A stretch of DNA of 64,000 nucleotides, from positions 37,777 through 101,776 of the forward strand of contig JAJUJM010000008.1 of assembly GCA_029265315.1 (NCBI GenBank). The letters are read 5' to 3'. The DNA is from Actinomycetota bacterium (GTDB lineage Bacteria; Actinomycetota; Coriobacteriia; Anaerosomatales; PHET01). The translations under genes and the position numbers were made by a program. Shown piece after piece: positions 38,978 to 47,498 of the stretch. Every line of letters starts with the position of its first letter. Position 1 is the first letter of the stretch. A model generated the notes under the pieces. It was not told the origin of the DNA, made no database searches, and was given only the letters and a program-made list of their open reading frames with translations.

Positions 38978-39901
38978 ATGGAATCGGCTGCCATCGGCAT
39001 CTTCGACTCGGGGTTGGGGGGGCTCACGGTCGCGCGGGAGATCGCACGCGTGCTGCCGAGCGAGCCGCTTCTGTACCTGGGTGACACCGCGCGATGTCCC
39101 TATGGACCTCGCGACCTCGCAGAAGTCCGGCGCTTCGTGCTCGAGATCGGGTCGTGGCTCGAGAACCGTCACGTCAAGCTCATCGTGATCGCCTGCAACA
39201 CCGGGACCGCGGCAGGTCTTTCGCTCGCTCAGCGCACCTTCAGCGTGCCGGTGCTGGGCGTGGTGGAGCCGGGGGCCCGGGCCGCCGTCCAAGCCACGAC
39301 GAACCGTCGTGTGGGCGTGATAGGGACCGAGGGCACGGTGCGCTCGGGGGCATACAGTCACGCGGTTCGCGCCTTGGACGCGGGTGTCACCGTATTCTCG
39401 GTGGCGACCCCCCGCTTCGTCGACATCGTCGAGGAGGGCCTGCGCCGCGACTCGGGACGCGTCGAAGACCTGCTCGCGCACACGAGCGAGGTGTTCATCC
39501 GCCCGTCGTTTTATGAGATCGCGCGTGACTACCTTGACCCGCTGAAGCGCACCGGTGTGGACACGCTCGTCTTGGGCTGCACGCACTTCCCCTTGCTCTC
39601 GACCGCGATCAGCCAGGTCATGGGCCCCTCGGTCAAGATCATCAGTTCCGCTGAGGAGACCGCACGCGAGGTCGCCGAGACGCTGAGGCGAAGGGACGCG
39701 CTGGCCACAGGCCAACGGGCCGCCTCGCATTCGTTCGCCACGACCGGGGACCCGGCTGAGTTCGAGCTGCTCGGGTCGCGGGTCTTTGGCGCCCCGCTGG
39801 GGCCTGTCGAGAAGGTCGAGCTCGACGAACTCACGTCTCTGCCGTCCCCCGAGATGCTGCGCGAGGCGGCGGCCATGACAGAGGAGCGCTCATGCGTGTG
39901 A
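38978..39901 (+). CDS. murI: Glutamate racemase
   Basis: Motifs IGIFDSGLGGLTV, GDTARCPYG, VIACNTGTA and LGCTHFPLL. ATG 38978 lies 7 nt after a TATACT box, so the mRNA may be leaderless. Confidence 0.9.
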   Translation: MESAAIGIFDSGLGGLTVAREIARVLPSEPLLYLGDTARCPYGPRDLAEVRRFVLEIGSWLENRHVKLIVIACNTGTAAGLSLAQRTFSVPVLGVVEPGARAAVQATTNRRVGVIGTEGTVRSGAYSHAVRALDAGVTVFSVATPRFVDIVEEGLRRDSGRVEDLLAHTSEVFIRPSFYEIARDYLDPLKRTGVDTLVLGCTHFPLLSTAISQVMGPSVKIISSAEETAREVAETLRRRDALATGQRAASHSFATTGDPAEFELLGSRVFGAPLGPVEKVELDELTSLPSPEMLREAAAMTEERSCV

Positions 39902-40641
39902 CCGTACTCGGGGCGGCGGCAAGCCATGCGGCGGGAGGCCAAGCGTGCGCGGGGCACCTCGTCGAGTGTTGCGACACCAAGGTGCTGTTCGACTGCGGGA
40001 ACGGGTCACTCGCCAACCTCTACAAGGTGACTGACCCGCTCTCGGTCGATGCCGTGTTCGTCACCCACAACCATCCCGACCACTACGTTGACCTGTACTC
40101 CATGCAGGCCATGTTGCGCTACGCGCCTTCCGGTCCGGTCACGTCGATGCCGCTGTACATGTCCGAGGACCTCTACGACCGCATGCAGGGACTCTTGTCC
40201 GACCGAGGAGCGGTGGAGTTCCGGGAGGCGTTCGCCTTGCACCCCCTCGCCCATGGCGTCTCTGTGGAGGTGGGTCCGCTTCGCGTGACCCCGATGCTCG
40301 TCGATCACACCGAACCGACGTATGCGCTCGTCGCGGAGTGTGACGGGGCACGCCTCGTCTACACGTCGGACACCGCTCCCGGACGACGCGCGAGCGAGGC
40401 GGCGAGAGGGGCCCGGCTGTTGCTGGCCGAGGCCACGTTGCCCGAGCGCTATGCGGGCGCCAGTCCGCATCTGACCGCTCGACAGGCGGGCGAGATGGCG
40501 CGAGAGGTCGGCGCTGAGCGGCTCGTCCTCGTTCACGTGTGGCCCACCAACGACCGGGAGCAGATGCTGAGCGAAGCGAGCGAGGCGTTCGGCGGGCCAG
40601 TGAGCATCGCGCGTGAGTTCGACACGTTCGAGATCGACTGA
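39892..40641 (+). CDS. MBL-fold metallo-hydrolase
   Basis: HxHxDH motif (THNHPDHYVD). Sits in the conserved actinobacterial position between murI and rph. Confidence 0.75.
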   Translation: MRVTVLGAAASHAAGGQACAGHLVECCDTKVLFDCGNGSLANLYKVTDPLSVDAVFVTHNHPDHYVDLYSMQAMLRYAPSGPVTSMPLYMSEDLYDRMQGLLSDRGAVEFREAFALHPLAHGVSVEVGPLRVTPMLVDHTEPTYALVAECDGARLVYTSDTAPGRRASEAARGARLLLAEATLPERYAGASPHLTARQAGEMAREVGAERLVLVHVWPTNDREQMLSEASEAFGGPVSIAREFDTFEID

Positions 40642-40658
40642 TACGAGGGGGAGCGCTC

Positions 40659-41402
40659 ATGAGGCAGCGTTCAGAGGGGCGGGGCCCGACCGACATGAGG
40701 TCGGTGAGGGTCACTCGCAACTATCTCAAGCACGCGATGGGCAGTTGCATCTTCGAGTTGGGTGACACACGCGTGCTGTGTGCCGCCTCGGTCGAGGAGG
40801 GGGTCTCGACCTGGCGGCGGGGCTCCGGGTTGGGGTGGGTCACCGCAGAGTACTCGATGCTGCCCGCGTCCACGCACACCCGCTCGCGTCGCGAGACGAT
40901 GACCGGACCCAAGGGGCGCACTCAGGAGATCCAGCGGCTCATCGGACGCTCGCTTCGCACCGTCGTCGACATGAGCGCTCTTGGCGGAGAGGCCACCGTG
41001 ACCGTGGACTGCGACGTCATCCAGGCCGACGGAGGCACGCGTTGCGCCGCGATCACGGGGGCGTGGCTCGCCGTGCACGATGCGCTCACGGCCTGGCGTG
41101 ACGCGGGCAAGATCGCGACGTTGCCGCTGCTCGGACAGGTGGCGGCGACGAGTGTGGGGCTCGTCGACGGCGAGCTCCTTGTCGACCTCGCGTATGAGGA
41201 GGACTCGGTCGCCGAGGTGGACATGAACATCGTGATGGACGGTGGGGGGCGCTTCATCGAGGTCCAAGGGACCGGCGAACAGATGCCGTTCACGCGGGCG
41301 CGCCTCGATGCCATGCTCGACCTTGCATCAGGTGCGATAGAGGGGCTCTTGGCCATCCAGCGGCGCATCGTGGACGAGGGGCTTGAGACCTATGGGTTCT
41401 GA
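40659..41402 (+). CDS. rph: Ribonuclease PH
   Basis: Motifs GRGPTDMRSVRVT, GWVTAEYSMLPAST and CDVIQADGGTR. Confidence 0.9.
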   Translation: MRQRSEGRGPTDMRSVRVTRNYLKHAMGSCIFELGDTRVLCAASVEEGVSTWRRGSGLGWVTAEYSMLPASTHTRSRRETMTGPKGRTQEIQRLIGRSLRTVVDMSALGGEATVTVDCDVIQADGGTRCAAITGAWLAVHDALTAWRDAGKIATLPLLGQVAATSVGLVDGELLVDLAYEEDSVAEVDMNIVMDGGGRFIEVQGTGEQMPFTRARLDAMLDLASGAIEGLLAIQRRIVDEGLETYGF

Positions 41403-42006
41403 CGTGCCCCGCACCGTGGTCGTCGCGACCGGCAACGCCCACAAGGTCGCTGAGATCCAAGCGGCTCTCGACGTTGCGAACCTCACGTTCGTGGCGGCTT
41501 CGGAGCTTCAAGGCGGATGGGTGGGTCCCGAAGAGGACGGCGAGACCTTCGAGGCCAACGCGCGCATCAAGGCCCGCGCGGCGTTCGAGCGCTTCGGAAT
41601 GCCCGCGCTCGCCGACGACTCGGGCCTTGAGGTCGACGCCCTTGACGGCGAGCCGGGAGTGCACTCGCGCTACTATGCGGGGCCGTGCGCGACGGATGAG
41701 GAGAACAACGCGCGCCTTCTGCTCGCGCTGCGAGACGTCCCCCATACCGAGCGCTCGGCCCGCTTCCGCTCGACGCTCGTGCTCGTCAATGAGGACGGTT
41801 CGGAGCTCGTGGCGACGGGCACCTGCGAGGGCGCAATCGGCTTCGAACCGCGGGGCGAGAACGGGTTCGGGTACGACCCGCTGTTCTTCCCCGCCGCCAC
41901 GCCCGGAGTGACGATGGCCGAGCTGTCCATGGTCGAGAAGAACGCCATCAGCCACCGGGGGGCCGCACTCAGAGAGCTGCGTCGCTTGTTGGCGGGTGGG
42001 GAGTAG
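41392..42006 (+). CDS. rdgB: dITP/XTP pyrophosphatase (RdgB/Ham1)
   Basis: Motifs VVATGNAHKVAEI, DDSGLEVDAL, FGYDPLF and SHRG. ATG 41392 overlaps the rph 3' end. Confidence 0.9.
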   Translation: MGSDVPRTVVVATGNAHKVAEIQAALDVANLTFVAASELQGGWVGPEEDGETFEANARIKARAAFERFGMPALADDSGLEVDALDGEPGVHSRYYAGPCATDEENNARLLLALRDVPHTERSARFRSTLVLVNEDGSELVATGTCEGAIGFEPRGENGFGYDPLFFPAATPGVTMAELSMVEKNAISHRGAALRELRRLLAGGE

Positions 42007-42025
42007 CGCCTTTTCTCAGGCGCGC

Positions 42026-42031
42026 TATACT
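42026..42031 (+). promoter_or_regulatory. Candidate -10 box TATACT for the five-tRNA operon
   Basis: GCTATACTGT 55 nt upstream of tRNA-Pro. Confidence 0.3.
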
Positions 42032-42085
42032 GTCTGTCGCCCCAAAGGCCGGTCTGGTGTGGCCGGGCGGCGAGGGCGGCGGATT

Positions 42086-42162
42086 CGGGCTGTGGCGCAG
42101 CTTGGTAGCGCATCTGCTTTGGGAGCAGAGGGTCGCAGGTTCAAATCCTGTCAGCCCGACCA
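42086..42162 (+). tRNA. tRNA-Pro (TGG), CCA encoded
   Basis: Acceptor CGGGCTG/CAGCCCG. Anticodon arm TCTGC-TTTGGGA-GCAGA. T-arm GCAGGTTCAAATCCTGT. Confidence 0.9.
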
Positions 42163-42167
42163 CACGT

Positions 42168-42243
42168 GCGGCGGTAGTTCAATTGGTAGAGCATCAGCCT
42201 TCCAAGCTGATTGTTGCGGGTTCGAGTCCCGTCCGCCGCTCCA
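42168..42243 (+). tRNA. tRNA-Gly (TCC), CCA encoded
   Basis: Acceptor GCGGCGG/CCGCCGC. Anticodon loop CTTCCAA. T-arm CGGGTTCGAGTCCCG. Confidence 0.9.
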
Positions 42244-42339
42244 AAGATGATTCTCGGGCGCCCGATGGGCGGCCGATTGACAACAGCAGCTCGCCGACTG
42301 TACCGTAGCGCTTCGGCACTCTCGGGCGAGCGGACACAT

Positions 42340-42416
42340 GCGCCCGTAGCTCAGCTGGATAGAGCGGGAGACTTCTAATCTCTAGGTCGGGGGTTCGAAT
42401 CCCTCCGGGCGTGCCA
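42340..42416 (+). tRNA. tRNA-Arg (TCT), CCA encoded
   Basis: Acceptor GCGCCCG/CGGGCGT. D-arm AGCTCAGCTGGATAGAGC. Anticodon loop CTTCTAA. T-arm GGGGTTCGAATCCCT. Confidence 0.85.
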
Positions 42417-42424
42417 GGAAACAC

Positions 42425-42502
42425 GGTGGGTGTAGCTCAGTTGGTTAGAGCGTCGGACTGTGGCTCCGAAGGTCGCGGGTTCGAGTCCCGTTACCCACCC
42501 CA
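42425..42502 (+). tRNA. tRNA-His (GTG) with encoded G-1, CCA encoded
   Basis: An extra 5' G pairs with discriminator C. Anticodon loop CTGTGGC. T-arm CGGGTTCGAGTCCCG. Confidence 0.85.
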
Positions 42503-42547
42503 TTGATAATCCGCGGCGTCACATCGCGTCATCAGGGCGCCGAACAT

Positions 42548-42623
<76 letters not shown>

Positions 42624-42635
42624 TCATGACCATCC

Positions 42636-42666
42636 GAGAGCCGGTTCCCCAGAGGGGCCGGCTCTC
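42636..42666 (+). terminator. Long GC hairpin between tRNA-Lys and mntP
   Basis: GAGAGCCGG..CCCC-AGA-GGGG-CCGGCTCTC (9 + 4 bp). No U tract. Could end the tRNA operon or act on mntP. Confidence 0.3.
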
Positions 42667-42699
42667 GCGTGCGGGTGGTCTTCGCTTCTCGGAGGTGGA

Positions 42700-43260
42700 A
42701 TGGGTCTCGTCGAGCTGGTCGCCGTGGCCTTCGGTCTGGCGATGGATGCGTTCGCAGTGTCGGTGGGCAAGGGCCTCTCGGTCGGTCGTGCGCGTCCGGT
42801 CCACGCCCTCACGGTGGGCCTGTGGTTCGGTGGCTTCCAGATGCTCATGCCCCTGCTGGGTTTTCTTCTCGGGAGACGGTTCGGGCCGCTCATCACGGCG
42901 TACGACCACTGGGTCGCGTTCGGCCTGCTGGTGCTGATCGGCGCGCGCATGATCCGCGAGTCTCTGAACCACGAGGCCCCGTTGGACGCATCGTTCGCTC
43001 CCCGCGCGATGTTCCCGCTCGCGGTGGCCACCAGCATCGATGCACTGGCGGTTGGGGTCACGCTCGGCTTTCTGGAGGCGCCGATCGTGCACGCGGTCCT
43101 GCTCATCGGCGCGGTCACGTTCGTCGTGTCGGCCATCGGGCTCGCCGCAGGTGGTCGGCTCGGGGAGCGCTACAAGTCCCGAGCGGAGCTCGCGGGAGGG
43201 CTCATCCTCATCGCACTCGGGGTCAAGGTCGTCGTCGAGCACCTCGGGCTCGTGCCCTGA
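42700..43260 (+). CDS. mntP: Manganese efflux pump MntP
   Basis: Motifs LAMDAFAVS and, in the second half, SIDALAVG (duplicated DUF204 repeat). Six TM helices. Confidence 0.85.
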   Translation: MGLVELVAVAFGLAMDAFAVSVGKGLSVGRARPVHALTVGLWFGGFQMLMPLLGFLLGRRFGPLITAYDHWVAFGLLVLIGARMIRESLNHEAPLDASFAPRAMFPLAVATSIDALAVGVTLGFLEAPIVHAVLLIGAVTFVVSAIGLAAGGRLGERYKSRAELAGGLILIALGVKVVVEHLGLVP

Positions 43261-43282
43261 CGGCAGCTTCAGCTCATGAGTT

Positions 43283-43291
43283 TGGTATCAT
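43283..43291 (+). promoter_or_regulatory. Candidate extended -10 promoter TGGTATCAT for tRNA-Leu
   Basis: TGn plus TATCAT, 16 nt upstream of the tRNA-Leu 5' end. Confidence 0.3.
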
Positions 43292-43306
43292 GAACGCTTG
43301 TGTCAT

Positions 43307-43391
43307 GCGGGCGTGGCGGAACTGGCAGACGCGCTGGATTTAGGTTCCAGTGGGGAAACTCGTGGAGGTTCGAGTCCTCTCGCCCGCACCA
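43307..43391 (+). tRNA. tRNA-Leu (TAG), long variable arm, CCA encoded
   Basis: Acceptor GCGGGCG/CGCCCGC. Anticodon arm CTGGA-TTTAGGT-TCCAG. Variable arm GTGGGGAAACTCGT. T-arm GGAGGTTCGAGTCCTCT. Confidence 0.9.
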
Positions 43392-43463
43392 GAGAAGACC
43401 AACCCGCGACGCCGGTACCGGCACCGGCGATCGACCCCGGATCTGTTGAAAGGACCAGTGCCC

Positions 43464-44792
43464 GTGCTCACCACGTCAGTCGAACGCCTCGAAGGCATCA
43501 CCGTGCGCCTCAACGTGACCGTGTCAGCCGACGAAGTCGACGAAGCGATCGAAGAGGTCTACAGGTCCGCTGCGAAGAAGGTCAAGGTCCCGGGATTCCG
43601 TCCCGGCAAGGCGCCCAAGCCCATGATCGAGTCGATGCTCGGCCGCGAATACCTTCTGACCGAGGCCACCGAGAACGTCGTCAACTCCACGTACCCGCGT
43701 GCGCTCGATATCGAGGCCCTGCGTCCCATCGAGGCCCCCGAGCTCGAGGAGCTCGACGTCGTGGAGCCGGGCAAGGAGTTCAGCTACTTCGCCGACATCG
43801 AGGTGCGTCCCGAGCTCACGCTCACCTCGACGGAGGGCTTCAAGGTCGCGCTGCCGCCTAAGGAGGCGACCGAGGGCGAGATCGACGCTCAGATCGAGCT
43901 CATGCGGGAACGATTCGCGAGCCTGGAACCGGTCGAAGGTCGGGGCGTGGCCGCCGACGACTTCGCCCTCATCTCCTTCGTGGGAACCGTCGAGGGCGAG
44001 GCTTACGAGGGCAACCAGGTCGACAAGTACCTCTACGAGATGGGCCGCGGGCTCATGCCGCCCGAGTTCGATGCGGGCATCATCGGTCTGTCTGCCGGGG
44101 AGTCGACCGTGGTCGAGTTCACCATCCCCGACACCACGTCGAACCCCGAGTTCGCGGGCAAGCAGGCCCGCTTCGAGATCACCGTCCACGAGATCAAGGC
44201 CAAGGTGCTGCCCGAGCTCGACGATGAGTTCGCAGCGCAGGTCGGCGGGTTCGATTCCTTCGAGGAGATGCGTAAGGACCTGGCCGCCCGCATCAACGTC
44301 CAGAAGGCCATCGGGCACGATCGCACGAAAGAGCATCGCGTCCGCGAGGCCGTGGCCGAACGGCTCGTGGGGGACGTGCCTGAGTCCATGATCGTCACGC
44401 GACAGTCGTCGATGACACGTGACTTCATGACGATGCTCGAGAACCAGAACATGACGCTTGACCAGTACGTCGCGCAGGCGGGTATCGATATGGACACCTT
44501 CGAGGCCGACATGCGCAGGCAGGCGTTGCAGTCGGTGCGTGAGGACCTGGCGCTTGAAGCGCTGTTCCGCGCGCTCGACTTCGAGATCACCGACGAGGAC
44601 ATCGAAGCCGAGCTCAAGGAGATAGCGGCCGCCACGAGCTCGACTCCTGAGGAGGCCCGCAAGCGCTGGGAGGACATGGGCCTGATGGCCGTGCTCCGGG
44701 AACAGATCATGCATCGCAAGGCGGCGCTGTGGCTGCTCGACAACGTCGAGGTCACGGAAGAGAGCGCCGAGACGAACGCTGAAGGGGAGTGA
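43464..44792 (+). CDS. tig: Trigger factor
   Basis: GTG 43464 (or 43458) after AAAGGA. N-terminal TSVERLEGITVRLNVTV and GFRPGKAP ribosome-binding signature. FKBP-like middle domain. The track N-terminus runs over tRNA-Leu and is rejected. Confidence 0.9.
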   Translation: MLTTSVERLEGITVRLNVTVSADEVDEAIEEVYRSAAKKVKVPGFRPGKAPKPMIESMLGREYLLTEATENVVNSTYPRALDIEALRPIEAPELEELDVVEPGKEFSYFADIEVRPELTLTSTEGFKVALPPKEATEGEIDAQIELMRERFASLEPVEGRGVAADDFALISFVGTVEGEAYEGNQVDKYLYEMGRGLMPPEFDAGIIGLSAGESTVVEFTIPDTTSNPEFAGKQARFEITVHEIKAKVLPELDDEFAAQVGGFDSFEEMRKDLAARINVQKAIGHDRTKEHRVREAVAERLVGDVPESMIVTRQSSMTRDFMTMLENQNMTLDQYVAQAGIDMDTFEADMRRQALQSVREDLALEALFRALDFEITDEDIEAELKEIAAATSSTPEEARKRWEDMGLMAVLREQIMHRKAALWLLDNVEVTEESAETNAEGE

Positions 44793-44797
44793 CCTGA

Positions 44798-45412
44798 GTG
44801 CTTCCGGAGATGAACTCGCTCGTCCCTATCGTCATCGAGCAGACCAGTCGCGGTGAACGTAGCTTCGACATCTACTCGCGGCTCCTCAATGAGCGCGTGA
44901 TCTTCCTCGGGATGGCCATCGACGACCACGTGGCCAACCTCGTGATCGCGCAGCTGCTCCACCTGGAGAGCGCGGACCCGGAGAAGGACATCAACCTCTA
45001 CATCAACTCGCCCGGCGGCAACGTGACCGATGGCCTGGCCATCTACGACACGATGCAGTTCATCAAGCCGCAGGTGTCCACGATCTGCATCGGGCAGTGC
45101 GCCTCGATGGCGGCTGTCCTCTTGGCCGCCGGCGCGCCGGGCAAACGCTTCGCGCTGCCGCACTCCCGGGTGCTGATCCACCAGCCGTGGGGCGGTGCGC
45201 AGGGTCAGGTCACCGACATCGAGATCCAGGCCAAGGAGATGCTCAGGATGCGCAGCCAGCTCGATGAGATCCTGGCCAAGCACACCGGGCAGCCCGTCGA
45301 CAAGATCCATGCTGACACCGAGCGCGACAACATCATGATGGCCGAGGAGGCGAAGGCCTACGGTCTCGTCGACGAGGTCATCGCCAGTCGCAAGATCGTC
45401 GAGGAGCAGTAG
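44798..45412 (+). CDS. clpP: ATP-dependent Clp protease proteolytic subunit
   Basis: Motifs [13 protein letters not shown], catalytic GQCASMAA and HQPWGG. GTG 44798 follows GAAGGGGAG. ATG 44810 is the alternative start. Confidence 0.9.
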   Translation: MLPEMNSLVPIVIEQTSRGERSFDIYSRLLNERVIFLGMAIDDHVANLVIAQLLHLESADPEKDINLYINSPGGNVTDGLAIYDTMQFIKPQVSTICIGQCASMAAVLLAAGAPGKRFALPHSRVLIHQPWGGAQGQVTDIEIQAKEMLRMRSQLDEILAKHTGQPVDKIHADTERDNIMMAEEAKAYGLVDEVIASRKIVEEQ

Positions 45413-45417
45413 CCACT

Positions 45418-46677
<1,260 letters not shown>

Positions 46678-46686
<9 letters not shown>

Positions 46687-46920
46687 CGCGGGGCGTATCC
46701 CGGACCGGGCGCCGCGCAGGATCACCATGGCACGCAGGTGTTCGTTAGGCGGGAGGTCTGGTGGAACCGCCTCGCGACCGAGCTGCTCGTAGATCGCGTA
46801 GCGCGCGCACTGGTGCCGGTTTCCTCTGCAGTACCTCGCCTTGAACAGGGCCGCGGTCTGCGGTCTCACACAGGGGCCTTCGTTGAAGTGCGGACAGTTG
46901 ACGGCGAGCTCACATGTCAT
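46678..46920 (-). CDS. Small 4-Cys protein, paralogue B (80 aa), unknown function
   Basis: ATG 46920 inside track ORF 46678-47064. Shares the pattern C-x5-C-x2-FN...RYCR-x5-CAR...LGRE-VPPDL-PN with the neighbouring ORF. Confidence 0.5.
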
Positions 46921-47094
46921 CGCCACCACCCCCGATCCACGCGCATGCTCGAGTCCACCGCGCAGGCCACTCACTCCAGTGCATACCACCTTCGGGGCAC
47001 ACTCCAACGCCGGTCGGCGTATTCGCCGGACCCCTTTTTCCAGTCGGCGCTCGAGTCGCGCCAACGCTGGCCCGGAGGCGCTTCTCGTGGCGTG

Positions 47095-47310
47095 TCAGGC
47101 GCCGATGATCTCCCGCGCCCGACTGATGTCATTGGGGTACAGATCGGGCGGAACGTTCTCGCGCCCGAGGGCACTGAACACCGTGAAGCGTGCGCAGTTC
47201 GAGTTGTCGGTGCGGCAGTAGCGCTGCTTGTACAGGTTCGCCATGTCGGGCATGTTGGCCATCTTGTCGTTGAAGAAGATGCAGGTCTCAATGAGCTGAC
47301 AGTCCGCCAT
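47095..47310 (-). CDS. Small 4-Cys protein, paralogue A (71 aa), unknown function
   Basis: ATG 47310 preceded by GGAAGAAGG. MADCQLIETCIFFNDK...YKQRYCRTDNSNCARF...LGRENVPPDLYPN. Confidence 0.55.
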   Translation of the reverse strand: MADCQLIETCIFFNDKMANMPDMANLYKQRYCRTDNSNCARFTVFSALGRENVPPDLYPNDISRAREIIGA

Positions 47311-47446
47311 CGTGGATGCGCCTTCTTCCTATGAGCAGGGGACGTGTTGCGAGGAGGGATTGGTGAACACGATAACGATAACGGCGAGTCATCGGCTGCG
47401 CTATACCGACGCAGGTATCAGGAACGAGGCCGGCGCGCCCGGGCTT

Positions 47447-47455
47447 TGTTAGAAT
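47447..47455 (+). promoter_or_regulatory. Candidate extended -10 promoter TGTTAGAAT upstream of valS
   Basis: TTTGTTAGAATCGC 44 nt upstream of GTG 47499. Confidence 0.35.
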
Positions 47456-47498
47456 CGCGCATACGCTTGCCACGCGCCGCGTCGAAGGGAATCTGCTC

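Noticed and set aside
47311-47498. Possible T-box leader upstream of valS (GGGATTGGTGAACACG vaguely resembles the T-box sequence); tandem GATAACGATAACG
   Set aside because: A TGTTAGAAT promoter at 47447 leaves only about 36 nt of leader. I could not trace a Stem I, specifier loop or terminator/antiterminator pair. The upstream part more likely holds the divergent promoter of the small Cys-protein gene.
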